The position numbers were made by a program, and so were the translations under genes. A DNA stretch of 64,000 nt, taken from the NCBI GenBank assembly GCA_963833985.1, contig CAWIAD010000002.1:5696001-5760000 (forward strand), read 5' to 3'. Of this stretch, positions 1 to 11,270 are shown piece after piece. The notes beneath the pieces were generated by a model. That model saw nothing but the letters and a program-made list of their open reading frames with translations. It did no database searches and was not told where the DNA came from. Source of the DNA: an uncultured Planctomycetaceae bacterium. Lineage in GTDB: Bacteria > Planctomycetota > Planctomycetia > Isosphaerales > Isosphaeraceae. Position 1 is the first letter of the stretch; each line of letters starts with the position of its first letter.

Positions 1-542
1 CGTGGCCGGTCGGCTGGGGCGGCATCACCTGACGAACCTGGGCGGCTGCCCGGCACGGTGAGGCCGCGGCGACCGTGGTAATGCGTGACGGTGCAAACGT
101 AACGTCGGCCTCACGGCCGAGGCTGGCGGCTGCGCCCGTCCGAACCACACGCTCACGCACGTGGTCACTCAAACGTTCGAGGCAGACAACCAGATCGCTG
201 TGTGAGCGTCGCTACTGGTGTCGAGTAGCGACAGGGGCTACTGGGCCGGGTTGCCCCGAGTGAACCAATCACCCGGGGCAACTCGACCCGCAGAACGCGT
301 GGCTGAGTGGCCTGCTTTTTTCTTCTCTTTTCTTCTTGTTTTTGGCTCCTTCTTTGCTAACCCGGTGAGAATCATTTCACTTTTCCACGGCCTTATGCCG
401 ATCTCATTGTCATCACTTCTTCTCACGCTGGCTGCATGCGGCCACGTATCCATGTATCTGGTCTATCGGGCAAGCACCTCGCTGCATGGTGTGGGACACG
501 AGGACGCGGTCGTCCCGGCCGTGGAATTGAGGAAATGGTGCC

Positions 543-2252
543 TTGACCATCCAGCTCTTTCGATGTCGAAGCAGAGCATGGGGCCTTGCCTGGGGGCTAT
601 GTCTCGCGGTGTATCTGCCGACCGCGCATGCTCAGGCGCCCCCACCGCTGCCGAGTGCCTCGGTCCCGCCGGCACAGAACAGCACGGATGCGGAACCAGT
701 CCCCGCCGGACTCGCGGAGCGGGTTCGCAAGCTGGAGGAGATGAATCGGCAACTGCTTCAGCAGTACACGAACGTCTCCAGCCAGTATCAACGGGTTGCC
801 GAACAGAACCAGGCGCTTTCCCGAACGGTGCAGGACCTGTCGAAGAAGCTCGAGACTTCCAATCCAGGCCAGAGGCTGCCGGCGCGGGGGGGCAATGGCC
901 TGGGATTCACGGGCACGGAGGCCGGCAGCGACTTTGAGCCGGCCCTGACAGGAGGGTTGACTTCTCCCCCCGCGGGAGCAGAAGGCGCGCCGAAAGGGAA
1001 GAGGCGGAATCGTCTGGGAGGTTTTTATGACGAGGACTATCGCGAGCGCTATGGCTATGTCTTCCGGTCGGAGGACGATGAATACGAGCTGAGGCTCAAT
1101 GGCCTGGCCCAGTTCGACGCCCGGTACTATCAGCCGCAAAACCAGGTCCCGGTCGTCAACGACTTTGATATTCCTCGGGCACGATTCTACTTCAGCGGCC
1201 GCTTGACCAGGCCCATCGAGTACCAGCTCGCCTTCCAGCGGTCGATCAACAGCTTTGATTTGCTCAACGCCTATATCAACCTTCGCTACGACGAGCGCTT
1301 CCAGCTCCGGATTGGCCGGTATCGCGCCCCGTATACGTACGAGTGGGCCAAGCTTTCGATCTGGGAACTGCTGACTCCCGAGCGTTCGCCGTTCGCCGTG
1401 AATTTCGGCCCCAACCGCCAGATCGGAGTGATGGGATGGGGCAACATGTTCACGAATCGGCTGGAGTATGCCGTCGGAGTCTTCGACGGGCCCCGCAACT
1501 CGTACCAGGACTTTAACAACGCCAAGGACATCATGGCGTTCATTGACTATCGGCCGTTTGTCGACACGGACTCGGCGCTCAAGTACTTGAGTTTCGGCGG
1601 GTCGCTCGATGAGGGGCAGGAGAACAATCCGCTGGTCCCCGCGGCCTTGCGGGGGTCGCAAAACGCATCCGGCAACACGCTGGCCACGGCCGCGGGCGAC
1701 AACCTCGTCGCCGTGCCGTTCCTTCAGTTCAACAGCAACGTGCGTGAAAAAGGGGCACGCGAACTCTGGGAGATTCACGGCACCTATTTCTACAAGGGTC
1801 TGTCGGTGCTCGGAGCCTGGGATAGCGGCTTCAACGACTATTCGTTGACGTCAGCCGGGGCCCGGCCCGTCCACATGCCGGTGGGCGGATACTTCATCCA
1901 GTTTGGCTATATCGTCACGGGAGAGTCCGTCCAGAAGCGGGGTCTCGTTGAGCCGCTTCGTCCCTTCGACCTGCGGCGCGGCAAGTTCGGCCCGGGAGCG
2001 CTCGAGCTTCAGTTCCGCTTCAGCAACCTTCAGATCGGCAACCAGGTCTTCACCGGTGGTCTGGCTGACCCCAACCTCTGGTCAAACCGTCTCAATATGA
2101 CCGACCTCGGCTTCAACTGGTATCTCACCAGGAATGTCAAGTTTTACTTCGACTGGGAGCACAGCATGTTCGGCCAGCCCGTCTACTATCGCCCGGGAAG
2201 CAACCAGCTTACCAATGACCTCTACTGGCTGCGTCTCCAGCTTTACTACTGA
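543..2252 (+). CDS. OprO/OprP-family (phosphate-selective-like) porin with N-terminal coiled coil
   Basis: Signal peptide ending AHA-Q, coiled coil, FDIPRARFYFSG, NRQIGVMGWG, DLGFNWYL, C-terminal beta-strand WLRLQLYY. Confidence 0.8.
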   Translation: MTIQLFRCRSRAWGLAWGLCLAVYLPTAHAQAPPPLPSASVPPAQNSTDAEPVPAGLAERVRKLEEMNRQLLQQYTNVSSQYQRVAEQNQALSRTVQDLSKKLETSNPGQRLPARGGNGLGFTGTEAGSDFEPALTGGLTSPPAGAEGAPKGKRRNRLGGFYDEDYRERYGYVFRSEDDEYELRLNGLAQFDARYYQPQNQVPVVNDFDIPRARFYFSGRLTRPIEYQLAFQRSINSFDLLNAYINLRYDERFQLRIGRYRAPYTYEWAKLSIWELLTPERSPFAVNFGPNRQIGVMGWGNMFTNRLEYAVGVFDGPRNSYQDFNNAKDIMAFIDYRPFVDTDSALKYLSFGGSLDEGQENNPLVPAALRGSQNASGNTLATAAGDNLVAVPFLQFNSNVREKGARELWEIHGTYFYKGLSVLGAWDSGFNDYSLTSAGARPVHMPVGGYFIQFGYIVTGESVQKRGLVEPLRPFDLRRGKFGPGALELQFRFSNLQIGNQVFTGGLADPNLWSNRLNMTDLGFNWYLTRNVKFYFDWEHSMFGQPVYYRPGSNQLTNDLYWLRLQLYY

Positions 2253-2703
2253 GCGATCGGACCAGCGCCGGCCCGGCGACGCGCTGGCTGCACGTTTCTT
2301 ACCAGCCGTCTGAAGCAGTCCGCCGGACAGTCAGCGCGCAAAACTCGGGGAACGAAGCCATCGAAAAAGGATGAGATTGCCATTCAAGTCCATGGCAATT
2401 CACGGTTAACGTCACGTGGGCCTGATTCGCCGAGGGGGAAACGGAGCCAAATCGCCAGCAGGCCTTGGCCATCCGGTTGCGGCTCGATGAGCCGCAATGC
2501 CGGAGTCTGGCCAACTGGCCACAGGTTGCCTCTTCCGCTCGTTTGCCGATCGATCTATGATCGGCGTCATGTTCACTTGGCTTTTTCGCGGAAGACGATC
2601 GTCTTCCGGCTGCTCAATTTAGCCGCGGGCACTCTCCGCCGCAGGGTAGATTCCCTGCATCTTGAGCGGGGGTACCGCGCCAGGTCTTGAGGTCTGCTCA
2701 CCC

Positions 2704-4272
2704 ATGGCCGATATCGTCTTTATCAATCCCCGGTTCGAGGTCTCGTACTGGGGGCTGGAGCATGCCCTGCCGCTGATCGGCAAGAAGGCCAACATGCCAC
2801 TCGCCGCGCTGCCCCTGCTGGCGGCGTTGACGCCTCGGGAGCACACGGTCACGCTGATCGACGAGAATATCGAGCCCATCGATTTTGAGCGCTGCGCCCG
2901 GGCCGATGTCGTCGGACTGACCGGCATGGTCGTCCAGCGCCGGCGGATGAAGGAGATCCTCTCGGAGCTGAAGGGGCGCGGGGCGTTCGTGGTGGTGGGC
3001 GGAGCCTGGGCGACCGTCAAGGAAGACGACTTCGAGGGCCTGGCGGATGTGCTCTTCATCGGCGAGGCCGAGCAGACCTGGCCGCGCTTTCTCGAGGACT
3101 GGCAGCGCGGCAAGCACCGGCCGCGCTACGAACAGGACGAGCGGACAGACATGGCGACGGTGCCGACGCCGCGGTTTGACCTCTTGAAGATGCGCGATTA
3201 CCTGTTCGGCAACGTCCAGTTCTCGCGCGGCTGCCCGTTCCAGTGCGAGTTCTGCGACATCATCGTCACCTTCGGCCGCAAGCCGAGGATCAAGACGAGC
3301 CGGCAGATCCGCGCGGAGCTGGATGCCCTGCGCTCCCAAGGCGTGCGCGGGACGATGATCGTGGACGACAACCTGATCGGCAACAAGAAGGCGATCGTGC
3401 CGGTGCTCCAGGACCTGAGCGCCTGGCAGAGGGAAAACGGCTACGGGATGACGTTCTTCACGGAGGCCTCGATTGACCTGGCCGACGAGCCGGAGCTGAT
3501 GCGGCTGATGGTGGAGGCGAACATCGTCAACGTGTTCGTCGGCATCGAGAGCCCCAACGAGGGCTCGCTGCGCGAGACCAAGAAGTATCAGAACGTCCGC
3601 TCCGGGGGCACGCTCGCCGAGAAGGTCAGGCGCATCCAGGACGCAGGCATGGAAGTGATGTGCGGTATGATCCTGGGCTTCGACCACGACGACGAAACCA
3701 TCTTCGAGGCTGAGATCAACTTCATCACCGAAGCCCGGGTCATCAACGTGATGCTGGGAATGCTCTCGGCGATTCCCAAGACGCCGCTCTACGACCGGAT
3801 GGTCGAGGAGGGCCGGCTCGACACCGACCCGGAGAATGAGGCAGAGTTTGGCACGAACCTCATTCCGCTCCGGCTGGGCCGAGAACAGCTCCGGGACGGT
3901 TTCGTCCATGTCCTCTCATCTCTGAACGAGACCACCGCCTATCTCGACCGGCTCGAATCTCTCTACCTGGACGCCCGGCTGAATTTCAGCCGAGGAGCCC
4001 GCCGTTACTGGCGCCGGCATCCCTGGCACGGAGCCAAAGCTCAGGGCTCGTTGCTGGCCCAGGCACTCGGTCTGCTGGCCAGGTTGAGCTGGAAAGTGGA
4101 GGATCCGGTGCTGCGCCGGGAGTATCTCAGGCGGATCTGGCGGATCTTCCGCGCGCGGCCCGACCCGAGCATTCTGTGGGTCTCCGTGGTCAAGTGCGCA
4201 TTGCATTACCACGCCCACACCATGGCCCGCCAGATGACCGTGGGGCAGACGCGGGTGGTGAATACGTACTGA
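2704..4272 (+). CDS. B12-binding radical SAM protein (DUF4070-type, HpnP-like)
   Basis: N-terminal B12-binding region (VVVGGAWAT, FIGEAE) and CxxxCxxC motif RGCPFQCEFCDI; ATG at 2704. Confidence 0.85.
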   Translation: MADIVFINPRFEVSYWGLEHALPLIGKKANMPLAALPLLAALTPREHTVTLIDENIEPIDFERCARADVVGLTGMVVQRRRMKEILSELKGRGAFVVVGGAWATVKEDDFEGLADVLFIGEAEQTWPRFLEDWQRGKHRPRYEQDERTDMATVPTPRFDLLKMRDYLFGNVQFSRGCPFQCEFCDIIVTFGRKPRIKTSRQIRAELDALRSQGVRGTMIVDDNLIGNKKAIVPVLQDLSAWQRENGYGMTFFTEASIDLADEPELMRLMVEANIVNVFVGIESPNEGSLRETKKYQNVRSGGTLAEKVRRIQDAGMEVMCGMILGFDHDDETIFEAEINFITEARVINVMLGMLSAIPKTPLYDRMVEEGRLDTDPENEAEFGTNLIPLRLGREQLRDGFVHVLSSLNETTAYLDRLESLYLDARLNFSRGARRYWRRHPWHGAKAQGSLLAQALGLLARLSWKVEDPVLRREYLRRIWRIFRARPDPSILWVSVVKCALHYHAHTMARQMTVGQTRVVNTY

Positions 4273-4314
4273 GTTGCCGATCGCCGAGGGGGTAGTTGAT
4301 AGACAAGGTCGCGG

Positions 4315-4709
4315 TCAAGGAACAAGCGATTGCGCCCAAGCGACGACGTCATCGGCGATCCTGATCGCCTCGTTGTAGTGCGCCTCTGACGCCGGGGCGA
4401 TCAGGCCGGGGTATCGCGCCAGCGTTGCGAAGACGGTCAGCTTATGGGCCTGCTGAACCTCCGCCGGAATCGTCAGACCCTGCTGTTGCAGGCCGTTTAA
4501 CAATTGGGCCAGGTCGTGGATGAAAGGGAAGGTCCAACCATGCTGCTGGTAAACGGCCTTGATCCCAGTTCCGCTGCTTGCTGTGCCCAGAAGCAGAGAT
4601 CCTCCCACATGCCTCCCGCAGGAAGCGGCACCTGCGCCAGCACCAATTTGGACTGTGCTCGGATCAGCCAATCCTGGGGTGTTCCTGGCGCCGGGCAAGG
4701 AGGCGGCAC
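4315..4709 (-). pseudogene. HEPN domain protein, frameshifted near 4565
   Basis: N-half ...DLCFWAQQAAE in one frame; C-half IKAVYQ..FIHDLAQL..ARYP in another frame. Confidence 0.75.
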
Positions 4710-5019
4710 GGTACAGTTCCTTTCCCTCGGACAGGGCGGAGTGAATGATCAGGTACGGGTTCCCTCCGTATTTTTCAACGTCGCCGACTTGAACAACGAT
4801 GATGTCCTTGGCGATTCCCAGATCACTGAGCCAATGATGCAAGGTCTGGGTGACTTCAAGGCAATCGCATCCGTCCGGCATCACCACCAGGAGATCCAAG
4901 TCGCTATCCGGTCCCATCTCGCCGCGTACGGCCGAGCCGAACAGGGTAATCTGTTGTGGATGCACTCTCTCCACAATCCGGCGAACCATTTCATTCAGAA
5001 CCGCAGGGTCCGGACTCAT
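4700..5019 (-). CDS. Minimal nucleotidyltransferase (MNT); no stop at the expected end, reads through into HEPN
   Basis: GSx10DxD motif (LFGSAVRGEMGPDSDLD), typical end ALSEGKELY; GGAG RBS before ATG at 5019. Confidence 0.8.
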
Positions 5020-5311
5020 GGCTTCTCCACAAATTGAGCCGCTTTCAGAGAGATCGCGATCGGAGTCAATCGTAGATGGTGGGTACAGGAACTCGCGACC
5101 GTCGGGATCCTGCATGCGGATTGCTGCCCCTGAGGTCGGCTGTCCCGAACTGGAGTCGCTGGCCACGAAGACCAAGTGGACGACCTTGTTTCCGATTCCG
5201 AGCGAGAGTGTATGGATCATGGGCGGGTGGCGACAGATGAGGTAGAGCGCCACTCCCACCAGAGCAACCATGGTGCAAATGGCCCGTAATCCAAACGGGA
5301 TCCTGGGCAGT

Positions 5312-7051
5312 GGGTGTAAGACACGGTTCGTTTTTCTGAGGTCCTACGCCGCTTTCCCAGTTTCCCTGGCTTTATAGTTGCGGAAGGGGCTGCTGGGCCT
5401 CTCTTTGAGGTACCGATCCAGGCGTCCGTCCTCCGAGAGGAACGACGCTCGAAGCTGAAGCATCGTCTCGGCACCGGCGTCGCTCCAGAATTTCTCCGAC
5501 CCCTTGACCCGCCGGTTGAAGATCTTCACGGTCGACTCCACGTGACTGCTCGTCCACGGCAATCCCCCGCGTCGATAAGCAGGGTAGTCCATCCGCTCTC
5601 GATTATGCTCCAGGTAGCCGAGTTCTTGGGCGATGATCTTGCGCGGGTCATCGTCGGCCAGCCGTTCGAGCTCGTCTCCGGATAAGGACGCCTGGGCATC
5701 TCGCAGGGTACGGAGTTCCTCGATCACCTGGCCCACGCGTCCCTTCCAGCAGGCCTCTGCCCATGCCTGGAACAACTCCCAGCGGCCTTCGGTCTCGACC
5801 GCCGCAGCCTTGGCGGCCGCGAACAGGTGACCCAGGGCGTGGAGAAAATCAACGATGGCCAGAAAGGTCGGAAAATGCCGTTGCTGCAATTTCCAGATCC
5901 AGGCCGAGCCGTCCCCCAGGAACGCCCGATGAGCCGCTTTCATGAGATTGCGTCGCCACGCCTCCGCGGCCACCATCGGCCCGAATTGCTCGCTGGAGCA
6001 GGTGCTCGCCACGTAAGTCCGCACCACCAGTTCGGGCCTTTCCCTCGGCTCGGACCGATCCCCGGGGGACGGCAGAGATGCTTCGTCGATGTTCTCCGCC
6101 GGGGCCTCCTGTAGGCCCATCGAGCTCGCCCCGCTGATCCCGCCGACAAGCTTCTCGACGTATCCCCGGTCGCGGTAGCAGGCGGGCAACTCCGGCTCCG
6201 GATCGCATTCCGAGACGACATTGGCCATGGTGGCCAGAATCGCGATCTTGTCCTCACGCCAGGACGCATCATGGGCACCGGGCCCTTCCCCCTGGCCGCG
6301 AATCTGCAGCCGGCCGCCGTCAACCTCGACCACTGCCAGAGCCGGCCGTGTCTCGACTCGCGGCTCGAGCTTATGGGCTTGAAGTTCGCTCACATGCTGA
6401 TCTCTCTCGGCCTGCAATTGTTGGCCGACCTCCTGGGCGATGCGGCCGATCTGCCGACTGCCGATGGTCACCTCGGCCAATTCCGCCATCGCCTCGGCCG
6501 CCTCCCGGAAGGAGGGCTCCCGGGCACCGCAACGGACGATCTTGCGCAGCACCGAAGGGCTGTAGTCATGTGGCGTGAGGCGCAAGGCCGGACGCTGAGG
6601 GAAAAAAATCCCGGCGACATGCCGGGCAGTGGCACTTCGGTTCGGCGTAGGTGACCTTGCCTCCCCAGAATTCAATGGTTCGATCGTTGCGTTGCACCGG
6701 ACAGAGCCGCTTGCAGTTGGGGCAAGGCTGCTCGGCCCCCAAGAGGGAGGCTTTCTGCTTCAGGAGTTCCTCGATGGTTCCCTGGGCCACGGCACAGGCC
6801 GCGGTCATGGCCATTTGTTCCATGTCGTCGGCATCGAGGTCTAGGTCAGGCCCAACTTCTTCGTGGACCCGTCGCGCCACAATTTTCCCCCACCCTTTGG
6901 CCATCTGCTCGACTCCGGTGCGATCCATCGATGGTGACTTACGGAAAGGCATAGCAGGTCCCTCCTTGGACTTCCGGTGACGGACAATTTGGGAAACTTG
7001 ACTTGACATGCTACCACCGGCCTCGGACGGCGCGAACCGCGTCTTACACCC
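5312..7051 (-). mobile_element. ISKra4-family insertion sequence, 1740 bp
   Basis: 19-bp TIRs GGGTGTAAGAC(A/G)CGGTTCG at 5312-5330 and 7033-7051 (1 mismatch); 9-bp target duplication CTGGGCAGT at 5303-5311 and 7052-7060. Confidence 0.9.
5344..6952 (-). CDS. ISKra4-family DDE transposase in two overlapping ORFs joined at a T7 run (~6602-6608)
   Basis: ORF1 has Zn-ribbon CPNC..CPAC ending DFFP; ORF2 has VEVDGG, FLGDGSAWIW, DFLHALGHL, TSSHVESTVK. Confidence 0.85.
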
Positions 7052-7414
7052 CTGGGCAGTGTCCGGCCGTTTCCTCAGTATTCATGGCGCTTCGGACGGG
7101 TTACCATTTTACCAGGTCCTTCAGGTCTTGGCAGTCTGTGATGCAAGCACCCGCCCTCACTTCCGCCACTGCCCTGAGCGCAGGTCACCGAAGAACTTTC
7201 ACAGGTTGCCTACGGACAGATGGGGGCTTGATCGACCAGATTCGTCCCCGGTGCATCTTTGCTTTCCGTCCGAGTTCCTCCGGCTGGTTGACTTGAGTGC
7301 AGTTGCCGAAGAGGGCGAATCGGGGTAAGGTCGGGAGAATGGCAGGGGGTGCCGCGATGGTCAAGTCGTTGCGGCCGGGCCGTTCCACTTACCTGACACT
7401 GGAGGGAGCCTTTC

Positions 7415-8539
7415 ATGTCCAGCCTCCTGGCGTTCTGCGCCTTGAGCTTTGGCTTCGTTCCGCCGGCTGAAACCGACAAATCGCCGGCGGTGTCGCCCCA
7501 GGCATTCCTTGCCTGGTTCGACGCGGCGCGGCAGGGGAAGCTGGAGATGCCAGAAGCGGTTCTCCAACGGGCGGGTGGGTACCGCTACGTCTTCATTTGC
7601 GGCCTGTTCCACGAGCGGATGCCTGGCTATTTCGCGCAAAATGTCAAGGAGCTGCGGGCCAGGGGTGTGCCGCGAACGGCCATTCACCTCATCAAGCCCG
7701 ATTCGCAACTGACCGTCGAAGAGAACCTCGAATCGGTTCGAGCCGAGCTGCGGGCGATTGCCGCCGAAGGGCCCGAGCCGCTGGTCGTGATCGGTCATAG
7801 CCGCGGCGCCTGCGACGCTCTGGCGTTCGCGCTCCAGAACCCGAAGTTCGTCCAGAAGCGCATCCGCGCCCTGTTCCTGCTCCAGGGACCATTCGGCGGA
7901 ACAGGCCTGGCGGACTACGTGGCCGGCGCGGGGGAACCCATGGACGGACGGATGCCCACCGGGTACCGGCTCATGGGCAGGGCGTTGGGAAACCTCAAGT
8001 CACGCTTCCTGGACGACGGCAGGCACGGTGCCATCACGGCACTCAACCGGCGAGATTCGGAGCGCTTCTGGAAAGAGATGATGGAAGCTCACAGTGCCGC
8101 CGTCCCCATCGTCGCGTCCAGGACCTTCTACGTCACCTGCCGGACGAGAACCTCCCGACAGCCGGTCTTGCAGCGCATCACCGGGTCGTACCTGGGCACC
8201 TATTACGGGCCGAATGACGGATTGGTGGCGCTCGAAGACCAGTCGCTGCCGGAGTTCGGCACCGTGCTCGCGGTTCTTGATGCCGGCCATAGCGACCTGA
8301 CCCGCCGGTTCCCGGCCGCGCGGGCCCAGCCGCGGCTCCGTAACGCGCTGGTGGACGCCATCCTGATGGCGGTGGCCGCCCCGGAAAAACGGCACGCCGG
8401 CAAGTCCGACGACGCCACGGTCCGCACCTCCGGACCCGCTCAGGGAAGGGCACGCCGCACGATCCGGAACCCCCAGGCCGGCAAGCTCAGCTCGGGCAGG
8501 GCAGCCGATGGGGACAAAGCGCCTGAGCGAGCGCCCTGA
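7415..8539 (+). CDS. Secreted alpha/beta hydrolase (lipase/esterase-like)
   Basis: GHSRG nucleophile elbow, NDGLV, GH; N-terminal hydrophobic stretch. Confidence 0.75.
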   Translation: MSSLLAFCALSFGFVPPAETDKSPAVSPQAFLAWFDAARQGKLEMPEAVLQRAGGYRYVFICGLFHERMPGYFAQNVKELRARGVPRTAIHLIKPDSQLTVEENLESVRAELRAIAAEGPEPLVVIGHSRGACDALAFALQNPKFVQKRIRALFLLQGPFGGTGLADYVAGAGEPMDGRMPTGYRLMGRALGNLKSRFLDDGRHGAITALNRRDSERFWKEMMEAHSAAVPIVASRTFYVTCRTRTSRQPVLQRITGSYLGTYYGPNDGLVALEDQSLPEFGTVLAVLDAGHSDLTRRFPAARAQPRLRNALVDAILMAVAAPEKRHAGKSDDATVRTSGPAQGRARRTIRNPQAGKLSSGRAADGDKAPERAP

Positions 8540-9894
8540 CCCAGCCTGGGCGTCACGTCGCGGAACTCGGCCGAGGTGTCGGGCCAGTCGAGGATACGGC
8601 CCTTGAACGGCCGGTTCGAGAGGTTGATCGCGATCAGCAACTCTTCCCGGGCGTCACGTCGCAGGTAGGCAACGACGCGTTCCTCGTCGCTGGTGGGCAG
8701 CCACACCGTCTGCCCTGATCGGAGCGCGGGGTGGTCGCGGCGCAGCGCCGTGAGCTGCTTGAAGAGACGCGGGAATTCAAGCCGGCGCTCGGCGATGGGG
8801 CGGAAGATGGGCATCCGCTCAAACAGGGCTGGAGCACCCGATTCGGTCGTGTCGCCGTACTCCATGCCGTTGTAAATGAGCGGAATGCCGTCGAGTGTGA
8901 AGACGAGCACCGCGGCCGCCAGCGCCCCGCGCTCGCCGAAGCGGGCGATTGCCCGCTTCTCGTCGTGGTTGTCGCTGAAGCGCATGTGCAGCGCCCCGCG
9001 GGGATTGATGCTTTGATTGTGCTTCCAGACGTCGCGCAAGGCCGTGGCCGGCCTGGCGCCGGTCAGCACGTCATTCAAGGCTCCGTGGAACGGCCAGGCG
9101 TAATCGGCGTTGAAGGCCTTGTTCAGGAGCTCGGGCTTGGACGCCTCGGCCAGCAGGAAGATGCCGGGCTTGACTGCGGCCAGCTCGTCGCGTGCCCGCT
9201 CCCAGAATGCCGTTGGAACCTCCGAGGCCACGTCGCAACGGAAGCCGTCAAGGTCGAAGTTGACGAGCCAGCGCTTGAGCATGCCGATCATGTAGTCGCG
9301 GAGCGCGGGGTTATCGTAGTTGAGGTCGGCGACGTCGGTCCAGCCGGGGTTGGGCGGCAAGACCTTGCCCTGGGCGTCGCGCGTGTAGAAGTCGGGATGG
9401 CGCTCCATGAGTACGCAATCCCAGGCCGTATGGTTGGCCACGATGTCGATGATGACCTTCATGCCCCGTTGGTGCGCCTCGGCGACCAGGTGCTTGAGGT
9501 CGTCGGCCGAGCCGTAGTCCGGGTTGATGGCGTCGTAATCGCGCACGGCGTAGGGGCTGCCGATGGTCCCCTTCTTGTTCTTCTGGCCGGTGGGATGAAT
9601 CGGCATGAGCCAGAGCACCGTGACGCCCAGGTCCTTGAGCTCGTCGAGCCGCGCCGTGATGCCGGCGAAGTTTCCCTCCGGCGAGAAGTTCCGCGGGAAA
9701 ATCTCGTAGACCACCGCGTCGCGCACCCACTCGGGCGAGGATCGAGCCGGCAGCAGCGATGCGTGTTGAGGAAGCGGTTGTGCGAGCAAGGGCGCGTTCA
9801 GACAGACCAGCACAAGAATGGCCGCCAGCATCGGCAGGCTGGTCGTGCGCGGTGATCGTGACATCTTCGGGAACCTCCGGAGAGTGAAGCTCAC
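8440..9894 (-). CDS. GH13 alpha-amylase-family glycosidase, secreted
   Basis: DIVANH, DGFRCDVA, LAE, NHD conserved regions; GTGA overlap with upstream MFS stop. Confidence 0.9.
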   Translation of the reverse strand: MSFTLRRFPKMSRSPRTTSLPMLAAILVLVCLNAPLLAQPLPQHASLLPARSSPEWVRDAVVYEIFPRNFSPEGNFAGITARLDELKDLGVTVLWLMPIHPTGQKNKKGTIGSPYAVRDYDAINPDYGSADDLKHLVAEAHQRGMKVIIDIVANHTAWDCVLMERHPDFYTRDAQGKVLPPNPGWTDVADLNYDNPALRDYMIGMLKRWLVNFDLDGFRCDVASEVPTAFWERARDELAAVKPGIFLLAEASKPELLNKAFNADYAWPFHGALNDVLTGARPATALRDVWKHNQSINPRGALHMRFSDNHDEKRAIARFGERGALAAAVLVFTLDGIPLIYNGMEYGDTTESGAPALFERMPIFRPIAERRLEFPRLFKQLTALRRDHPALRSGQTVWLPTSDEERVVAYLRRDAREELLIAINLSNRPFKGRILDWPDTSAEFRDVTPRLGQGARSGALSPSAALPELSLPAWGFRIVRRALP

Positions 9895-11270
9895 TGTGCG
9901 CCGTCGCCGATCAAGTCCGGGCCGGGAACCTGTCCGGCGGCTTCGCCGATCCGTGTCGTCAGGGCCGCGGCCACCAGCAGGCTGGCACCGCCCAGGAGTA
10001 CGACGTCGAGCGGATCATTGTTGAAGACGTGCTTGACCAGCGGCTGAAACGTGAGCGAGGCGATGATCTCGGGAATCACGATGAAGAAGTTGAAGACGCC
10101 CATGTACACCCCCATGCGGGCCGGAGGCAGGGCGCCGGCGAGCATGGCATAGGGCATTGACAGGATCGACGCCCAGGCGACCCCAACACCCACCATGGAG
10201 AGGAGCCAGAGATAGGGATCGCGCAACTGCCAGGTGGAGAGCAGCCCAATGCCCCCGCAGGCCAGGCAGAGCGCGTGGACCCATTTGCGGCCCAGGCGGT
10301 CGGCCAGCCCCGGCAGCACGAACGCAACGGCGAAGCAGACGATCGAGTAGACGGCGAAGGCGATGCCGCCCCATTCCGTGCCGCGGTCGAACTCGGGGGC
10401 ATTGCGGTCGGTCGTGCCGAAGACGTAGCGCGTCGTGGTCAGGCCGAAGAACATCCACATGCAGAAGAGTCCCAGCCAGGTGAAAATCTGCACGACGGCC
10501 AGTTGCCGCATGAGCCGGGGCATGGACCGGATCGCATCGATGATTTCGCCGAGCCCCTGCTTGACGCCCCGGGTTTCTCGCTGCCGGCGCCGGAACGCTT
10601 CGAGGTCGGCCGGCGGGTTCTCGGACGTGGTAAGGACCGTCCAGAGGACGGCCAGCAGGAAGGCCGCGGCGCCGAGCTTGAAGGCATATTGAACCGTGAG
10701 CGGGATGCCGCTGGACGTCGCGCCGGTGACCCCGAGCCGGTGAAACACGTAGGGCAGCACGTTGGCCAGCGTGGCGCCAACGCCAATGAAGAAGCTTTGC
10801 ATCACGAAGCCAACGGTGCGCTGGTGCTCGTCAAGCTTGTCGGCGACGAAGGCGCGAAACGGCTCCATGCTGATGTTGATGCTGGCGTCCAGAATCCACA
10901 GCAGGCCGGCCGCGACCCAGAGCAGCGGGCTGTCGGGCATGAAGAACAGCGCGATGCTGGAGAGGATGGCGCCGCTGAGGAAATAGGGCCGGCGTCGGCC
11001 CAGGCGGTTCCAGGTCCGGTCACTCATCGAGCCGATGATCGGCTGGATAAGAAGTCCGGTGACGGGCCCGGCCAGCCAGAGAATGGGGATGCGGTCCGGG
11101 TCAGCGCCAAGCTTGGTGTAGATGGCGCTCATGTTCGCCAGTTGCAGGCCCCAGCCGAACTGGATTCCCAGGAACCCGAAGCTCATGTTCCAGATTTGCC
11201 AGAAGCCGAGTCCTGGTGCCGCCGGCAGAGCTGGCGTGCGTGCTGGTGCGAGTTGCGTGTCGTCGGCCAT
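9891..11270 (-). CDS. MFS sugar transporter (maltose/sucrose SLC45-like)
   Basis: [39 protein letters not shown]; ~12 TM segments. Confidence 0.9.
   Translation of the reverse strand: MADDTQLAPARTPALPAAPGLGFWQIWNMSFGFLGIQFGWGLQLANMSAIYTKLGADPDRIPILWLAGPVTGLLIQPIIGSMSDRTWNRLGRRRPYFLSGAILSSIALFFMPDSPLLWVAAGLLWILDASINISMEPFRAFVADKLDEHQRTVGFVMQSFFIGVGATLANVLPYVFHRLGVTGATSSGIPLTVQYAFKLGAAAFLLAVLWTVLTTSENPPADLEAFRRRQRETRGVKQGLGEIIDAIRSMPRLMRQLAVVQIFTWLGLFCMWMFFGLTTTRYVFGTTDRNAPEFDRGTEWGGIAFAVYSIVCFAVAFVLPGLADRLGRKWVHALCLACGGIGLLSTWQLRDPYLWLLSMVGVGVAWASILSMPYAMLAGALPPARMGVYMGVFNFFIVIPEIIASLTFQPLVKHVFNNDPLDVVLLGGASLLVAAALTTRIGEAAGQVPGPDLIGDGAQ

Noticed and set aside
1..500. Short ORFs or a tmRNA-like tag at the window start
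   Set aside because: No recognisable motifs or tRNA-like ends; the pyrimidine tract alone is uninformative.
4315..5271. 318-aa single protein
   Set aside because: A composite of an unrelated upstream fragment, the MNT (own RBS and ATG at 5019), off-frame sequence and the HEPN C-half.
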